Counted from the first letter of the stretch, positions 29,725 through 40,009 are shown. The stretch: DNA of 64,000 nucleotides from Bacteroidota bacterium (GCA_043728355.1 JAYTMQ010000055.1:16937-80936); one strand, 5' to 3'. Numbers and translations: made by a program. The notes: generated by a model not told the origin, from the sequence alone.

Positions 29725-30327
29725 TTAAGACTCATCAAATCTGGGCATTGTAGAATGTCCATCAGCAGAAATTTCAGAAGTTTTGAATAATTTCAAGACG
29801 GTTAAAAAAAATATTTTGATGTCTAAAAGAAAATTTATGTTTTGTACATACCAAACATCAAGTTCGAATTTTTGATTCCAATCTATCGTATTTCTTCCAT
29901 TTACTTGTGCCCAACCAGTTATGCCTGGTTTAACATCGTGTCTTTTTAATTGAATTTCTGTATAAAAATCTAGGTAAGAAACCAATAATGGTCGTGGTCC
30001 AATAAGACTCATATCGCCAATAATTACATTCAAAAGTTGCGGAATTTCATCAAGCGATGTTTTGCGAACAAATTTTCCGATTTTGGTTAACCTGATTTCA
30101 TCAGGTAATAAATTGCTGTTTGCATCTTTTTTATCATTCATAGTTTTGAACTTAATTATTTTAAAAATTTTGCCGTTCAAACCAGGTCGATACTGAAAAA
30201 AATATGGTTTTCCATTATTTGCAAAACTTAATAATATTGTTACCAATACAAAAATCGGCAACAATATTATTATTGCAGTTAACGAAAATAAAAAATCTAA
30301 AATTGGTTTTATTAATGATTTGTACAT
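29725..30327 (-). CDS. Monotopic phosphoglycosyl transferase (PglC/EpsL-like)
   Basis: QYRPG, KFKTM, RLTKIG, SLDEIPQL, GPRPLL, KPGITGWAQVNGRN. Confidence 0.92.
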   Translation of the reverse strand: MYKSLIKPILDFLFSLTAIIILLPIFVLVTILLSFANNGKPYFFQYRPGLNGKIFKIIKFKTMNDKKDANSNLLPDEIRLTKIGKFVRKTSLDEIPQLLNVIIGDMSLIGPRPLLVSYLDFYTEIQLKRHDVKPGITGWAQVNGRNTIDWNQKFELDVWYVQNINFLLDIKIFFLTVLKLFKTSEISADGHSTMPRFDES

Positions 30328-30330
30328 TTT

Positions 30331-31452
30331 TCAAAAAATAAAATCTAAATAATTGTCTTTATGAATGACTTGAAATTTAGAATTTGGATAGTTATCTAAA
30401 AAAGCTTTGGGCGTTTTTACTTTAGCATTTGGATTCCATTTGAATTCAAATGTAGTAATTTGCTCATTTTCCTCCTCGATATAATCAATTTCTTTTTGTT
30501 CTTTGGTTCTCCAAAACCAAAAATTGCAATATTTAGCATTATAATTCAGGTATTTCATTCTTTCGGATATCAAAAAATTTTCCCATAAAGCACCGATGTC
30601 TGTTCTATTTTCTATTTGATTAAAACTAGATATTAATGCATTACGAATTCCGTTGTCGTAAAAATATATTTTTTTACTGTTTTTAAGTTCGTTTCTCATA
30701 TTTCTGCTCAACGAACTTAATTTAAAAACTACAAATGTTTGTTCTAGAACCGTTATATATTTTTCGACTGTTTTAGAATCTAGACCACACAAATTACCCA
30801 ACTCATTATAAGATACTTGCGAGCCAACTTGAAAAGCCAATGCTTGCAATAATTTGACCAATTTTTCGGGCTTTTTTATCTGCTCAAGCATTAAGACATC
30901 TTTATATAGGTAACTATCAGATAGCAATTTAAGGATTTCTTTTTCTGAACCTTGATTATTGATTACATCAGGATAGTAACCATAAATCAATCGATGCGGC
31001 AAAAGTCGTTGCTCTTCTAACAAACCATGATGATTGACCATTTCGGCAAACGAAATCGGAAACATTTTGTATTCCCATTTTCGACCAGTTAGAGGTTCAT
31101 TTAAACTATTTGCCAATTCAAATGCAGAACTTCCAGTTGCAATTAACTGAACTTCTGGTATAGAATCTGTAATTAATTTCAACCTCAAACCAATGTTTTG
31201 TATTCTTTGTGCTTCGTCAATAATGATAATTTTTTTTTGACCTATTATTGCTTTGAATCTATCGGCAGAGATTGTTGCAAATAGGTTTTGAATATCAATT
31301 TCGTCACCATTCATCCAAAGAATATCTTCTTTATTAGCAAACAAACTGTTGAGCAAAGTTGTCTTGCCAACTTGTCTGGATCCTAACAAAATGATAGCTT
31401 TTTTCTTGAAAAGTTTAAGTTTTAAAGTTTTTTCTAATATTCGATTTACCAT
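30331..31452 (-). CDS. AAA_14-type ATPase with wHTH and DUF4143 C-terminus; ATPase-2
   Basis: GSRQVGKT, IIIDEAQ, TGSS, LTGR, GYYP, HTH SYNELGNLCGLDSKTVEKY, KIYFYDNG, EIDY...FEFKW. Confidence 0.88.
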   Translation of the reverse strand: MVNRILEKTLKLKLFKKKAIILLGSRQVGKTTLLNSLFANKEDILWMNGDEIDIQNLFATISADRFKAIIGQKKIIIIDEAQRIQNIGLRLKLITDSIPEVQLIATGSSAFELANSLNEPLTGRKWEYKMFPISFAEMVNHHGLLEEQRLLPHRLIYGYYPDVINNQGSEKEILKLLSDSYLYKDVLMLEQIKKPEKLVKLLQALAFQVGSQVSYNELGNLCGLDSKTVEKYITVLEQTFVVFKLSSLSRNMRNELKNSKKIYFYDNGIRNALISSFNQIENRTDIGALWENFLISERMKYLNYNAKYCNFWFWRTKEQKEIDYIEEENEQITTFEFKWNPNAKVKTPKAFLDNYPNSKFQVIHKDNYLDFIF

Positions 31453-31470
31453 AATTCAACGTTTATTGTA

Positions 31471-31478
31471 CAAATATA
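31471..31478 (-). promoter_or_regulatory. -7 element (TATATTTG) for ATPase-2
   Basis: TAnnTTTG 18 bp upstream of the ATG, immediately next to the repeat array. Confidence 0.6.
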
Positions 31479-31479
31479 T

Positions 31480-31602
31480 AACTTTTTTGGATTTGATTCC
31501 CTAAAAGTAGCAACTTTTTTGGATTTGATTCCCTAAAAGTTGTAACTTTTTTGGATTTGATTCCTTAAAAGTAGCAACTTTTTTGGATTTGATTCCGTAA
31601 AA
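31480..31602. repeat. About 3.8 near-perfect 32-bp tandem repeats (AACTTTTTTGGATTTGATTCCCTAAAAGTAGC) upstream of ATPase-2
   Basis: Units start at 31480, 31512, 31544 and 31576 (partial), differ at 1-2 positions, and have no spacers. Confidence 0.95.
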
Positions 31603-31608
31603 TCAAAC

Positions 31609-32751
31609 TTAAAGCTTATAATATTCTTCTAATAAAGCATTCCAAACCAAACTTTGTTCGAATCGTTGAAGAACATTTTCTTTAGAATTAGAAGACAACT
31701 TCAATACTAACTCTTTGTCGTTTAAAAACAATTGCATTGCTTCATAAAGAGCAGATTCATTTTGAGATTCAATAATAATTCCATTAAAATCGTCTTGAAT
31801 GATTTCATTACAACCATTAATATTGGTCACAATACTTGGCAAATTCATTGCACCAGCTTGTAACACTACATTAGGAAAACCTTCGCGATAACTTGGAAAA
31901 ACGAGCGCATTTGCAACAGCAAAATAAGGACGAACATCGTCTTGAAAACCAACAGAAATTATTGACTGATTTTTATTTAAAATTTCATAAGTTTCTGGAA
32001 GTAATGGATCTAAATCATTTTCGAAATTGCCAACTAAAAGCAATTTAGTGTTTGAATTTTCTTTTTTTAAATTATCAAAAGCTTTTACTAACTCATTGAT
32101 TCCTTTATCTGTAACTAATCGTCCAACGTAAATAAAAACAAAATCATTTTCAGAAATATTGAGATTTTGTTTTAGCATATTTTTATCAATTTCAGAAAAC
32201 AAATCAGGATTAAAATAATTTAAATCGATTCCGTTAATGTTTCCATTGGCAATAATTTTAAGTGGTTTGCTGGTGATTTTGAAATTGATTAAATCATTTT
32301 TCACACCATTTCCTTCGGGGAAAATATGTGTTGCGAATCGGCATAGAAGTCTGTCCATAAAAATAAAAAAACTTTTAGAAAAACCAGTTTTAGTTTGAAA
32401 AATCAAACCAGTAAAAGTGTGGATTCTAATTGGAACTCGAGCAAAAAATCCAGCAATCATTGACAATAAACCAGCTTTAGGAGTAATAGAATGAATAATA
32501 TATGGTTTTTCTGTTTTAAGAATTTTATATAATTTAAATAAAGAAATTAAATCTTGAATTGGATTAATATGTCTTTTAAAAGCTATATCAATTGTTTTTA
32601 CTTTTTCACGACTAAACACTTTATCCAAATGACTGTCTTGACCAGAAACGGCAATAACTTCGAAATTTTTATTCAAAAAAGCCAATTGACCTTTGAGCAA
32701 AATATCTAAAGACGAAGAAACAGTAGCGGTTCTGATTAGTTTTTTTTTCAA
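31609..32751 (-). CDS. Glycosyltransferase family 4 (CapM/PglA-like)
   Basis: HSITPKAGL, HTFTG, GRLVTDKG, FPSYREGFPNVVLQA. Confidence 0.9.
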   Translation of the reverse strand: MKKKLIRTATVSSSLDILLKGQLAFLNKNFEVIAVSGQDSHLDKVFSREKVKTIDIAFKRHINPIQDLISLFKLYKILKTEKPYIIHSITPKAGLLSMIAGFFARVPIRIHTFTGLIFQTKTGFSKSFFIFMDRLLCRFATHIFPEGNGVKNDLINFKITSKPLKIIANGNINGIDLNYFNPDLFSEIDKNMLKQNLNISENDFVFIYVGRLVTDKGINELVKAFDNLKKENSNTKLLLVGNFENDLDPLLPETYEILNKNQSIISVGFQDDVRPYFAVANALVFPSYREGFPNVVLQAGAMNLPSIVTNINGCNEIIQDDFNGIIIESQNESALYEAMQLFLNDKELVLKLSSNSKENVLQRFEQSLVWNALLEEYYKL

Positions 32752-32754
32752 TTT

Positions 32755-33876
32755 TTATTTTTGTTTATTAAACAAATCTATGTAATAATTTTGTAACCAT
32801 TTGCCATTTTCAATTACATTAAAACCAGCATTTGCAATAATTTTATCTGTAACATTTTTTTGATGTGGAAATTTATTCAAAATAAATTCAGCCCAGTATT
32901 TTGCAGATTTTTCGAGATTTAAAAACGAAACTAATCCTGGAACAATTGCAACTTCTAACGGCACACCTGTTGATGTAATGCATTTTAATCCAGCAGCTTG
33001 AGCCTCGATTAATGATACTGGCAAACCCTCATAATGAGATGGAAAAATAAAAAAATCCATAGCTTGCAAAATATCATTTACATCATTTCGTAAACCTAGA
33101 AAAACAACCTTATCTGTTAGATTAAAATCTTTGATTTTTTGTTCAATATGATGTTTTAATTCGCCCTCACCTACTAAAAAAAGTTTGCAATTTGAATTAA
33201 TTAATAAAATTTCTTTGAAAATTTCAATTAAAAAAAAATGATTTTTTGATGCCGAAAACCTACCAACATTTATAAAATTAATTGTGTTTTGACAAGATAA
33301 TTCAACTCGTTTTTGAGAGTCTAATTGTTCATCAAATTTAAATTTATTCGAATCTATTGCGTTATTCAAAACTATAAAATTAGTATTTTTTCCAAACATC
33401 CATTCGCCTGCAGATTGGCTACAACCTATAAAATTTGTAGCAATTTTTGCAAATTTTAATTTTAAAAAATTGCCAACTAATACTTTTATAGAAAATTCAT
33501 TAACCATCGAAACATGACTATGAATAATTCTAATTGGAATATTGGCTTTTTTAGATGCTTTTATAGGGAAATACCCAAAAGCATTATTATGTACATGAAC
33601 AATTTTATGATAATTATGGTTTAGAAAAAACCTTTTTAATGAACGATTGTATGCAAAAAAACCATTGATTGTTAGTGGTAAAACACGATAAATTTTTCCG
33701 CCTAGTTCTAAAATTTCTTTTTCAAAATGACCTTCTTCAGAACGATGTACTAGAAAGTCAAATTGAACTTTACTTCTATCAATATTTCTATAATAATTCA
33801 TTAACATAGTTTCTAATCCACCTATATTCATCGAGGTTACTATTTGAAGAATTCGAATTGGTTGATTTTGCATCAT
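32755..33876 (-). CDS. Glycosyltransferase family 4 (EpsF-like)
   Basis: GGLETMLMNYYR, IHSH, GRF...KN, FPSHYEGLPVSLIEAQA. Confidence 0.9.
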   Translation of the reverse strand: MMQNQPIRILQIVTSMNIGGLETMLMNYYRNIDRSKVQFDFLVHRSEEGHFEKEILELGGKIYRVLPLTINGFFAYNRSLKRFFLNHNYHKIVHVHNNAFGYFPIKASKKANIPIRIIHSHVSMVNEFSIKVLVGNFLKLKFAKIATNFIGCSQSAGEWMFGKNTNFIVLNNAIDSNKFKFDEQLDSQKRVELSCQNTINFINVGRFSASKNHFFLIEIFKEILLINSNCKLFLVGEGELKHHIEQKIKDFNLTDKVVFLGLRNDVNDILQAMDFFIFPSHYEGLPVSLIEAQAAGLKCITSTGVPLEVAIVPGLVSFLNLEKSAKYWAEFILNKFPHQKNVTDKIIANAGFNVIENGKWLQNYYIDLFNKQK

Positions 33877-34598
33877 TTTATTTTTTTAGTAAAATTTGTA
33901 TAATTTTCAGATCCGATAATCGGAACGAGCAATTTTAATCTAAAAAATCTAATGATTTTAGTTTTGAAAGAAATCCAAGACAAACTATGGTGGTGTATTG
34001 CGTAGGTATTATTTGTAATATTATATTTCCCTGAAACGAGACTTCGAGCATGAAAAAAATCGTCTTGATAAACAAAAATACCATCTGATAATTCTTGATT
34101 TTTATTGATTAATTCGAAACCAAATTTTATCAATACATCTTGCATCCAATAATTATTTGTCACATTATTTATAGTACCATTTTTTTTAATAAATTCCATT
34201 TTATCATAAACTTCTAAAAGTTCCGAAAAATACTTACTTTCCTTTTTAGCAGCCATAAATGCTGTTAAAAACCCATTTTCATCAGTGCCAAGAACCACAT
34301 TTTTTTCGAGTATTTCGTCAAGATTTTTAACAATTTCTATATCGATATCAAGATAAATTCCGCCATATTTTTTAAGAATATAAACTCTTGCATAATCAGA
34401 TACAAATGCAAATTTATTAAGTTGATAAGCTTGTTTAGAAAAAGCTGAAACATTTATATCAAAATTATTTTCGTTCCAAAACTTTATTTCATATTCTGGC
34501 AAAACCTTTTTCCAACTGGCAATACACTGTTTAGCTATTTTGGGCATTTCGCCGTCTCCAAACCAACAATAATGAATTATTTTTGGAATCATTGACAA
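33873..34598 (-). CDS. DXD-motif glycosyltransferase (GT32/OCH1-like)
   Basis: IPKIIHYCWFG, AFVSDYAR, GGIYLDID, YAIHH...W. Confidence 0.9.
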   Translation of the reverse strand: MSMIPKIIHYCWFGDGEMPKIAKQCIASWKKVLPEYEIKFWNENNFDINVSAFSKQAYQLNKFAFVSDYARVYILKKYGGIYLDIDIEIVKNLDEILEKNVVLGTDENGFLTAFMAAKKESKYFSELLEVYDKMEFIKKNGTINNVTNNYWMQDVLIKFGFELINKNQELSDGIFVYQDDFFHARSLVSGKYNITNNTYAIHHHSLSWISFKTKIIRFFRLKLLVPIIGSENYTNFTKKIK

Positions 34599-35704
34599 TT
34601 AGTTTTTATGAATCTAATGATTTTTTGATTCGCATCTCCATTTCCGTAAGGATTATGGAGCTTAGACATTTCTAAATAAAATGATTTATCTTCAATAAGA
34701 TTTATTACAGAATTTAGAATTTTTTTGATATCCGACCCAACCATTTTTACTGTTCCGACATCTACAGCTTCTGGTCGCTCAGTAGTTTCTCGCAATACTA
34801 AAACAGGAATTCCTAAAGTCGGCGCTTCTTCTTGAATGCCACCAGAATCTGTTAAAATCAAATATGATTTTTTCATAATCCAAACAAAACTTGGATAATC
34901 TAAAGGATTAATAAGTTTAATATTTGCAATATTTGATAAGTAATGTCTTGCTGGTGCATTTATATTTGGATTTAAATGTAATGGAAAAATTATTTGAACA
35001 TTTGGTATTTTAGAAATTAAAATTAATGATTTACAAATATTTTCGAAAGAATTCCCAAAATTTTCTCTTCGATGGCTGGTAACCAAAATAATTTTTTTTG
35101 AAAAATCTATAACCTTTTTTAAGTTTTCGATTGCAGCATTTGTATAGTTATTTTCTAATTTATTTAATGTCCAAAGCAAAGAATCTATTACAGTATTGCC
35201 AGTAATTAAAACATTTTTTGGGTTAATGTTTTCGTTTAATAAATTTTGTTGTGCTAATAATGTTGGTGCAAAATGAAAATCGGCAATTTTGCTAGTTATT
35301 TGTCGGTTAAATTCCTCAGGAAAAGGGTTTTTTAAATTAAATGTTCTTAATCCAGCCTCAACATGTGCAACTTTTATTTTGCGATGAAATGAAGCCCAAG
35401 CAACAATACTTGATGTAGTTGTGTCGCCGTGAACAAAAACCAAATCTGGATTTACATCTGTCAAAACATTATCAATAGCATTAAATATATTGGCACTTAT
35501 TTGGTTTAATGATTGATTTTGTTTCATTAAATTCAAATCAAATTCTGGTTTTATTTCAAAAAAATCTAGAACTTGATCAAGCATTTCTCGATGTTGAGCA
35601 GTAACACAAACAAAGACTTCGAAACCTTGTTTTTTTAGTTCTATTACCAATGTACACATTTTGATAGCTTCTGGTCTAGTTCCAAAACAAACTAATAATT
35701 TCAT
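34589..35704 (-). CDS. wecB: UDP-GlcNAc 2-epimerase (non-hydrolysing)
   Basis: FGTRPEAIKM, QHREML, VHGDT, HVEAGLR, HRREN, TDSGGIQEEA, TERPE. Confidence 0.93.
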   Translation of the reverse strand: MKLLVCFGTRPEAIKMCTLVIELKKQGFEVFVCVTAQHREMLDQVLDFFEIKPEFDLNLMKQNQSLNQISANIFNAIDNVLTDVNPDLVFVHGDTTTSSIVAWASFHRKIKVAHVEAGLRTFNLKNPFPEEFNRQITSKIADFHFAPTLLAQQNLLNENINPKNVLITGNTVIDSLLWTLNKLENNYTNAAIENLKKVIDFSKKIILVTSHRRENFGNSFENICKSLILISKIPNVQIIFPLHLNPNINAPARHYLSNIANIKLINPLDYPSFVWIMKKSYLILTDSGGIQEEAPTLGIPVLVLRETTERPEAVDVGTVKMVGSDIKKILNSVINLIEDKSFYLEMSKLHNPYGNGDANQKIIRFIKTNCQ

Positions 35705-35722
35705 TGAATAGTATTTATTTAA

Positions 35723-36604
35723 TTATTTTTTTGTTTTAAATTTTATATAAAAATACAAAAGTAATCCAAAAGGAATTGCCAAAAATGTTAATAATTTAAG
35801 GGAAGCTTCTTTTAAAAAATTTGGGTTTTTTGCAAAAATGCTACTAGAAACATAATGAATAGATAGTTTGAATTTTTCATAAAAACTTGTTGCAAATTTG
35901 ATATTTACAATCCTTATAAATGCAAATCCTTTAGGATTATTTTTATATTGATTTAACATATTTAGCGTTGAGCCGCTTTCTAGATACTCTACAACAACAA
36001 GTGGTTTATTGAGTACAAATAGTTTATAATCTTGGTCTATTAACAAATATTTATATCCTAAAGAAACATATTTTTCGCCTTCGAATATAGGATATTCTGG
36101 ATATTTATTAATAATTTCTGTTCTATAAACTACTTTTTTATCTCCTGTTCCTCCGTTTTTATAAAAACCACTTAATGTAGTTTCTGATAAATTATCTTTA
36201 AATTTTGTTCCAATAATTTTAAATTCTTTGTCAACATCTAAACCTATAATTCCAGCATAATTGTATTTATTAAGAATAGAATTCCAACATTCTAAAATAT
36301 TTTTTACAGCATCGATAGTCATAAAATCGTCTGAATCAATGCACGTATTTAATTCTGTTTTAATATTTTTATAAGCTGTATTGTGTGCACCATGCATGCC
36401 CTGATTTTGCTGAAAAATATATTTAATAACAATTTTATTTTCATTAATCCAAGAATCAATTAAATTTTTAGATTCGTCTGAAGAACCGTCATCGATAATT
36501 AACCATTCGAAGTCTTGACAAGTTTGATTGACTAAACTTTCATAAAGATTTTGAATACAAAAGGCTCTGTTAAAAGTAGGTGTAAAAACGGTTAATGTTT
36601 TCAT
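35723..36604 (-). CDS. Glycosyltransferase family 2
   Basis: VFTPTFNRA, IIDDGS, CIDSDD. Confidence 0.9.
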   Translation of the reverse strand: MKTLTVFTPTFNRAFCIQNLYESLVNQTCQDFEWLIIDDGSSDESKNLIDSWINENKIVIKYIFQQNQGMHGAHNTAYKNIKTELNTCIDSDDFMTIDAVKNILECWNSILNKYNYAGIIGLDVDKEFKIIGTKFKDNLSETTLSGFYKNGGTGDKKVVYRTEIINKYPEYPIFEGEKYVSLGYKYLLIDQDYKLFVLNKPLVVVEYLESGSTLNMLNQYKNNPKGFAFIRIVNIKFATSFYEKFKLSIHYVSSSIFAKNPNFLKEASLKLLTFLAIPFGLLLYFYIKFKTKK

Positions 36605-36607
36605 GAT

Positions 36608-37702
36608 TTATCCTAAAATGAAATTTAAAAGAAAAGAAAAGAAACAATAAACCAACAAAATCAAACCTATAACTTGATGTTGATTGTTATAAAACTTGAC
36701 CTTTAATAATGGATAAATAATAATTAAACCCATCATAAACCAAGATAAATAGGCAAATCTATTAGAAAAATTGGCTCTAATTACCAATACCCAAAAAGCA
36801 TTTGCAGTCAAATAAATATTGACAAATTGACTGTATAACAAATCATTAAACTTTTTTTTGTAGATAAAAAACCAAGCAGCATAGACAGCACTTGCACTAT
36901 AGATTAAAAAGTCCCATCTGAATCCAACTTTTAAAACTACATTTTCAGAATCTTCATCAAATTCGCCAAGATAACCTTGTATATCTTCTTTTTGACCTAA
37001 TCCTAAATTAAGAAAAAATCCTTCTAAAACGTTTCCTAAAACCAATGATATAGGAATAACCATTAACCAAATAATAAAATAAGTTTTATTGTTTTTATAA
37101 AAAATAGTTAAAATATATGCCAATACAGGAATATATAATGACTGATGGGTTAAAACCGCAACTGTCAATAAAATTATTTTGAAGACTATTCTTTTTTGGC
37201 AAATTGCTAATAAAAAAATTGATGTTGCAAATCCATTTCTTATACCATTTGTACCATAAGCCCAAAATGAAAAAGATGCCAAAAAAATTAAAAAAGAATA
37301 AAACCAATACTCCTTGAAAAGTTTTTTAGAAATTATAAATAATGGATAAATATATAGAAAAGAGCAAAAGAAAAAGAAAATATTTGCGTTAGTAAATTGT
37401 GCGAAAAAATACATTAAGTATTCAAAAAGTATATCTTTTTTGAAGGTTGGAATTACACCACTTTTAAATTCTTGGAATTGTTTAGCATACGATCCCATGT
37501 CGCCAAATTGATAGCTAATTGGTCGAAAACCCATATAAAACAAGACAACAAAAAATAAAAACAGCCCTAACAAATTAGTGCTATTAATATTTGATTGAGA
37601 ATTTAATTTATCTCCAAAACCCTTAATAAAAACGATGGTAACTACAAAAAATATAAATATGTGGTATATTTGATTATAATATTCTAAAGGAACTAAACTC
37701 AT
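36608..37702 (-). CDS. EpsG-family polysaccharide polymerase (Wzy)
   Basis: About 10 TM segments; GFR...GD...Y, NGIRNG.A, H.S, NRFAY; located among the glycosyltransferases. Confidence 0.8.
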   Translation of the reverse strand: MSLVPLEYYNQIYHIFIFFVVTIVFIKGFGDKLNSQSNINSTNLLGLFLFFVVLFYMGFRPISYQFGDMGSYAKQFQEFKSGVIPTFKKDILFEYLMYFFAQFTNANIFFFFCSFLYIYPLFIISKKLFKEYWFYSFLIFLASFSFWAYGTNGIRNGFATSIFLLAICQKRIVFKIILLTVAVLTHQSLYIPVLAYILTIFYKNNKTYFIIWLMVIPISLVLGNVLEGFFLNLGLGQKEDIQGYLGEFDEDSENVVLKVGFRWDFLIYSASAVYAAWFFIYKKKFNDLLYSQFVNIYLTANAFWVLVIRANFSNRFAYLSWFMMGLIIIYPLLKVKFYNNQHQVIGLILLVYCFFSFLLNFILG

Positions 37703-37784
37703 TTATTTTTTGTTTAATAATTCTAAAATTATTATAATTTTCAAAAATAAACAATAATATTATCTATTATCACAAATTTTAAAA

Positions 37785-38918
37785 TTATCTATTAGATTGT
37801 GCCTTTTTCAGAACTTCTTGAAATAAATTGTTCCAAATTGTCATTATTTTTGATTTATTAAACCGATTGACATTTACCGAAGAATTTTGACTCATTTTAA
37901 TCAATAAATCCTTATTTGTCAGTAAAAAAGAAAGTTTTTCTGCAAATAAAATTCTGTTTTTATCTTCTATCAAAAAACCGTCAACTTCGTTATTAATAAT
38001 GTTTCTTGGTCCGTTTGGACAATCATAACTAATAATTGGCAAGCCACAAATTTGAGCTTCAAGCAAAACCATCGGGAAACATTCTGTTTGAGAAGTCATT
38101 GCATAAACTTTGGATTTTTGCATTTCTAATTTAATATTTTTTGTAGCTTCAAAAATCAAAAAACTATTTTCGATTTGTAATTCTGAGACTATTTTTTTTA
38201 GATTTATGATTATATATGCATCTCCGTCTCCAAAAATTTTAATTTTCCAATCAGGAAAATTTAGGTGAATTTTTTTCCAAATAAAAGCCAATTCTTCAAA
38301 TTGTTTTGCAGGTACAATTCTACCAGCAGCAATAATTGTGTTTTCTTTTTCTATATTATTTTCGACAACAAAGTCTGTAAAATTATTGATTTCGAAAGTG
38401 TTTGCTCTAGGAAAATACTTCTTTTCATCTTTGTTTAATAATACTAACGAATTGTATTTATTAAACACATCAATTAATTTATTATTGAACCACACTTTAA
38501 ACCCTTTTCCTTGATTCGCACATTTAGAAACAATTATTCCAGACGAATGCAGTTCTTTGATCTTTGGAATTTTTTTATCAATAAATGGCAAAAAATATTG
38601 GTCTGGTGTAAAACTAATTGATATAATAATATCTGGTTTAATTCTAGTAATTGCTGACTTTAATTTAAAAAAATGCTTTACAATTTTTATAATATTTTTT
38701 GGATTATAATAACTTTTTCCTGACAAATAGTTAATCCTTAAATCATTAAAAATTATTTTTTTATTTAGATTGTAAACAAAATTTTGATCTTTTTGTTCAA
38801 AAGTTAACAAATAGACTTCATGACCATAATCTTGTACCAATGCATTCATTTTTTGGGATAAAATCCTTTCAATTCCTCCATGAACATAAAGTTGATTGGT
38901 ACAATATAAAATTCTCAT
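37785..38918 (-). CDS. Glycosyltransferase family 4
   Basis: GGIER, AAGR, TSQTECFPMVLLEA, YDCPNGP. Confidence 0.9.
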   Translation of the reverse strand: MRILYCTNQLYVHGGIERILSQKMNALVQDYGHEVYLLTFEQKDQNFVYNLNKKIIFNDLRINYLSGKSYYNPKNIIKIVKHFFKLKSAITRIKPDIIISISFTPDQYFLPFIDKKIPKIKELHSSGIIVSKCANQGKGFKVWFNNKLIDVFNKYNSLVLLNKDEKKYFPRANTFEINNFTDFVVENNIEKENTIIAAGRIVPAKQFEELAFIWKKIHLNFPDWKIKIFGDGDAYIIINLKKIVSELQIENSFLIFEATKNIKLEMQKSKVYAMTSQTECFPMVLLEAQICGLPIISYDCPNGPRNIINNEVDGFLIEDKNRILFAEKLSFLLTNKDLLIKMSQNSSVNVNRFNKSKIMTIWNNLFQEVLKKAQSNR

Positions 38919-40009
38919 TTCACTAAGTTTTTAAATAAATCATCCCAAGATTTCATAATTATTTCTGGCAAAAAACGCTTCACATTTTGTTTGCTTTTTT
39001 CTCCAAATTGTATTCTTGAATTTTCATTTTCAATTAAAAAATTTATTTTTTTTGCAAATTCTTCAATATTATTATTTTCTACTAGAAAACCATCAATTCC
39101 ATTTAGAATAATGTCTTTTGGCCCACAAGGACAATCAAATGAAACCGTTGGCAAACCACAAGCCATAGCCTCGATTATTACCATTCCGAAACCTTCGTAT
39201 CTTGATGAAAGTGCAAAAATAGAAGCTTCTAGAAACTTAGATTCTATGTTTTTTTCAGCTGGAAAAAAGCATACAGAATCATCAATATTTAATTCTTTTT
39301 TTAATTGATTTAGTTTGTGTTTTTCGTCAATTGTTCCATAAATTTTTAATTTCCAATCAGGATTTGTCTTGTTTACAATCTGCCAACTTTTTAATAATCT
39401 ATCATACCCTTTTTGATAAGATTGTTTGCCAACAGCAATTACGGTTTTGTTTTTTAAAGTTGATGACTCTAAAGGGTAAAAAGTTAGTGGGTTGGCAATA
39501 ACTTCTATGTTTTTTAATTTCCATTCTTGGATATTACCTTTAGTTAAAACAATAAATTTCGTGAAAAATTTACCTAGAAAATTCATTAATAAAAAAGAAA
39601 ATTTAATTTTCAATTTCTGCAATTGATTATCATTTTCGTTTATTGAAATATTTTTAGAAACATGCCTTTCGTAAACAATTGGGCAAGTTTTTTTGAGAAA
39701 TATTGGTAAAAAAAAAGCTTTTAGTCCATCATCGCAAACAATTATAACATCAGGTTTTATTTTAATAATTATCCTATTTAATCCAGAAATATATTTATAA
39801 AAATATTTAATAAAATTACCGAAAACAGCAATATCATGATAATTAATTTTATCAGAAAAATCAAAAAAAAGTGTTTTTTTGTATTGATTTAATGTTGCAA
39901 TATGCACTTCATAACCAAAATTATCAGCCAAATAACTAGCTTTAATAGACAAAACCCTTTCGAGTCCGCCAGCGCCACAAATTTGATTGGTTATGTATAA
40001 AATTTTCAT
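38915..40009 (-). CDS. Glycosyltransferase family 4
   Basis: GGLER, QKGYD, SSRYEGFGMVIIEAM, FDCPCGP. Confidence 0.9.
   Translation of the reverse strand: MKILYITNQICGAGGLERVLSIKASYLADNFGYEVHIATLNQYKKTLFFDFSDKINYHDIAVFGNFIKYFYKYISGLNRIIIKIKPDVIIVCDDGLKAFFLPIFLKKTCPIVYERHVSKNISINENDNQLQKLKIKFSFLLMNFLGKFFTKFIVLTKGNIQEWKLKNIEVIANPLTFYPLESSTLKNKTVIAVGKQSYQKGYDRLLKSWQIVNKTNPDWKLKIYGTIDEKHKLNQLKKELNIDDSVCFFPAEKNIESKFLEASIFALSSRYEGFGMVIIEAMACGLPTVSFDCPCGPKDIILNGIDGFLVENNNIEEFAKKINFLIENENSRIQFGEKSKQNVKRFLPEIIMKSWDDLFKNLVK

Noticed and set aside
31480-31602. CRISPR array interpretation of the 32-bp repeats
   Set aside because: The repeats are directly adjacent with no unique spacers, and there are no cas genes in the window.
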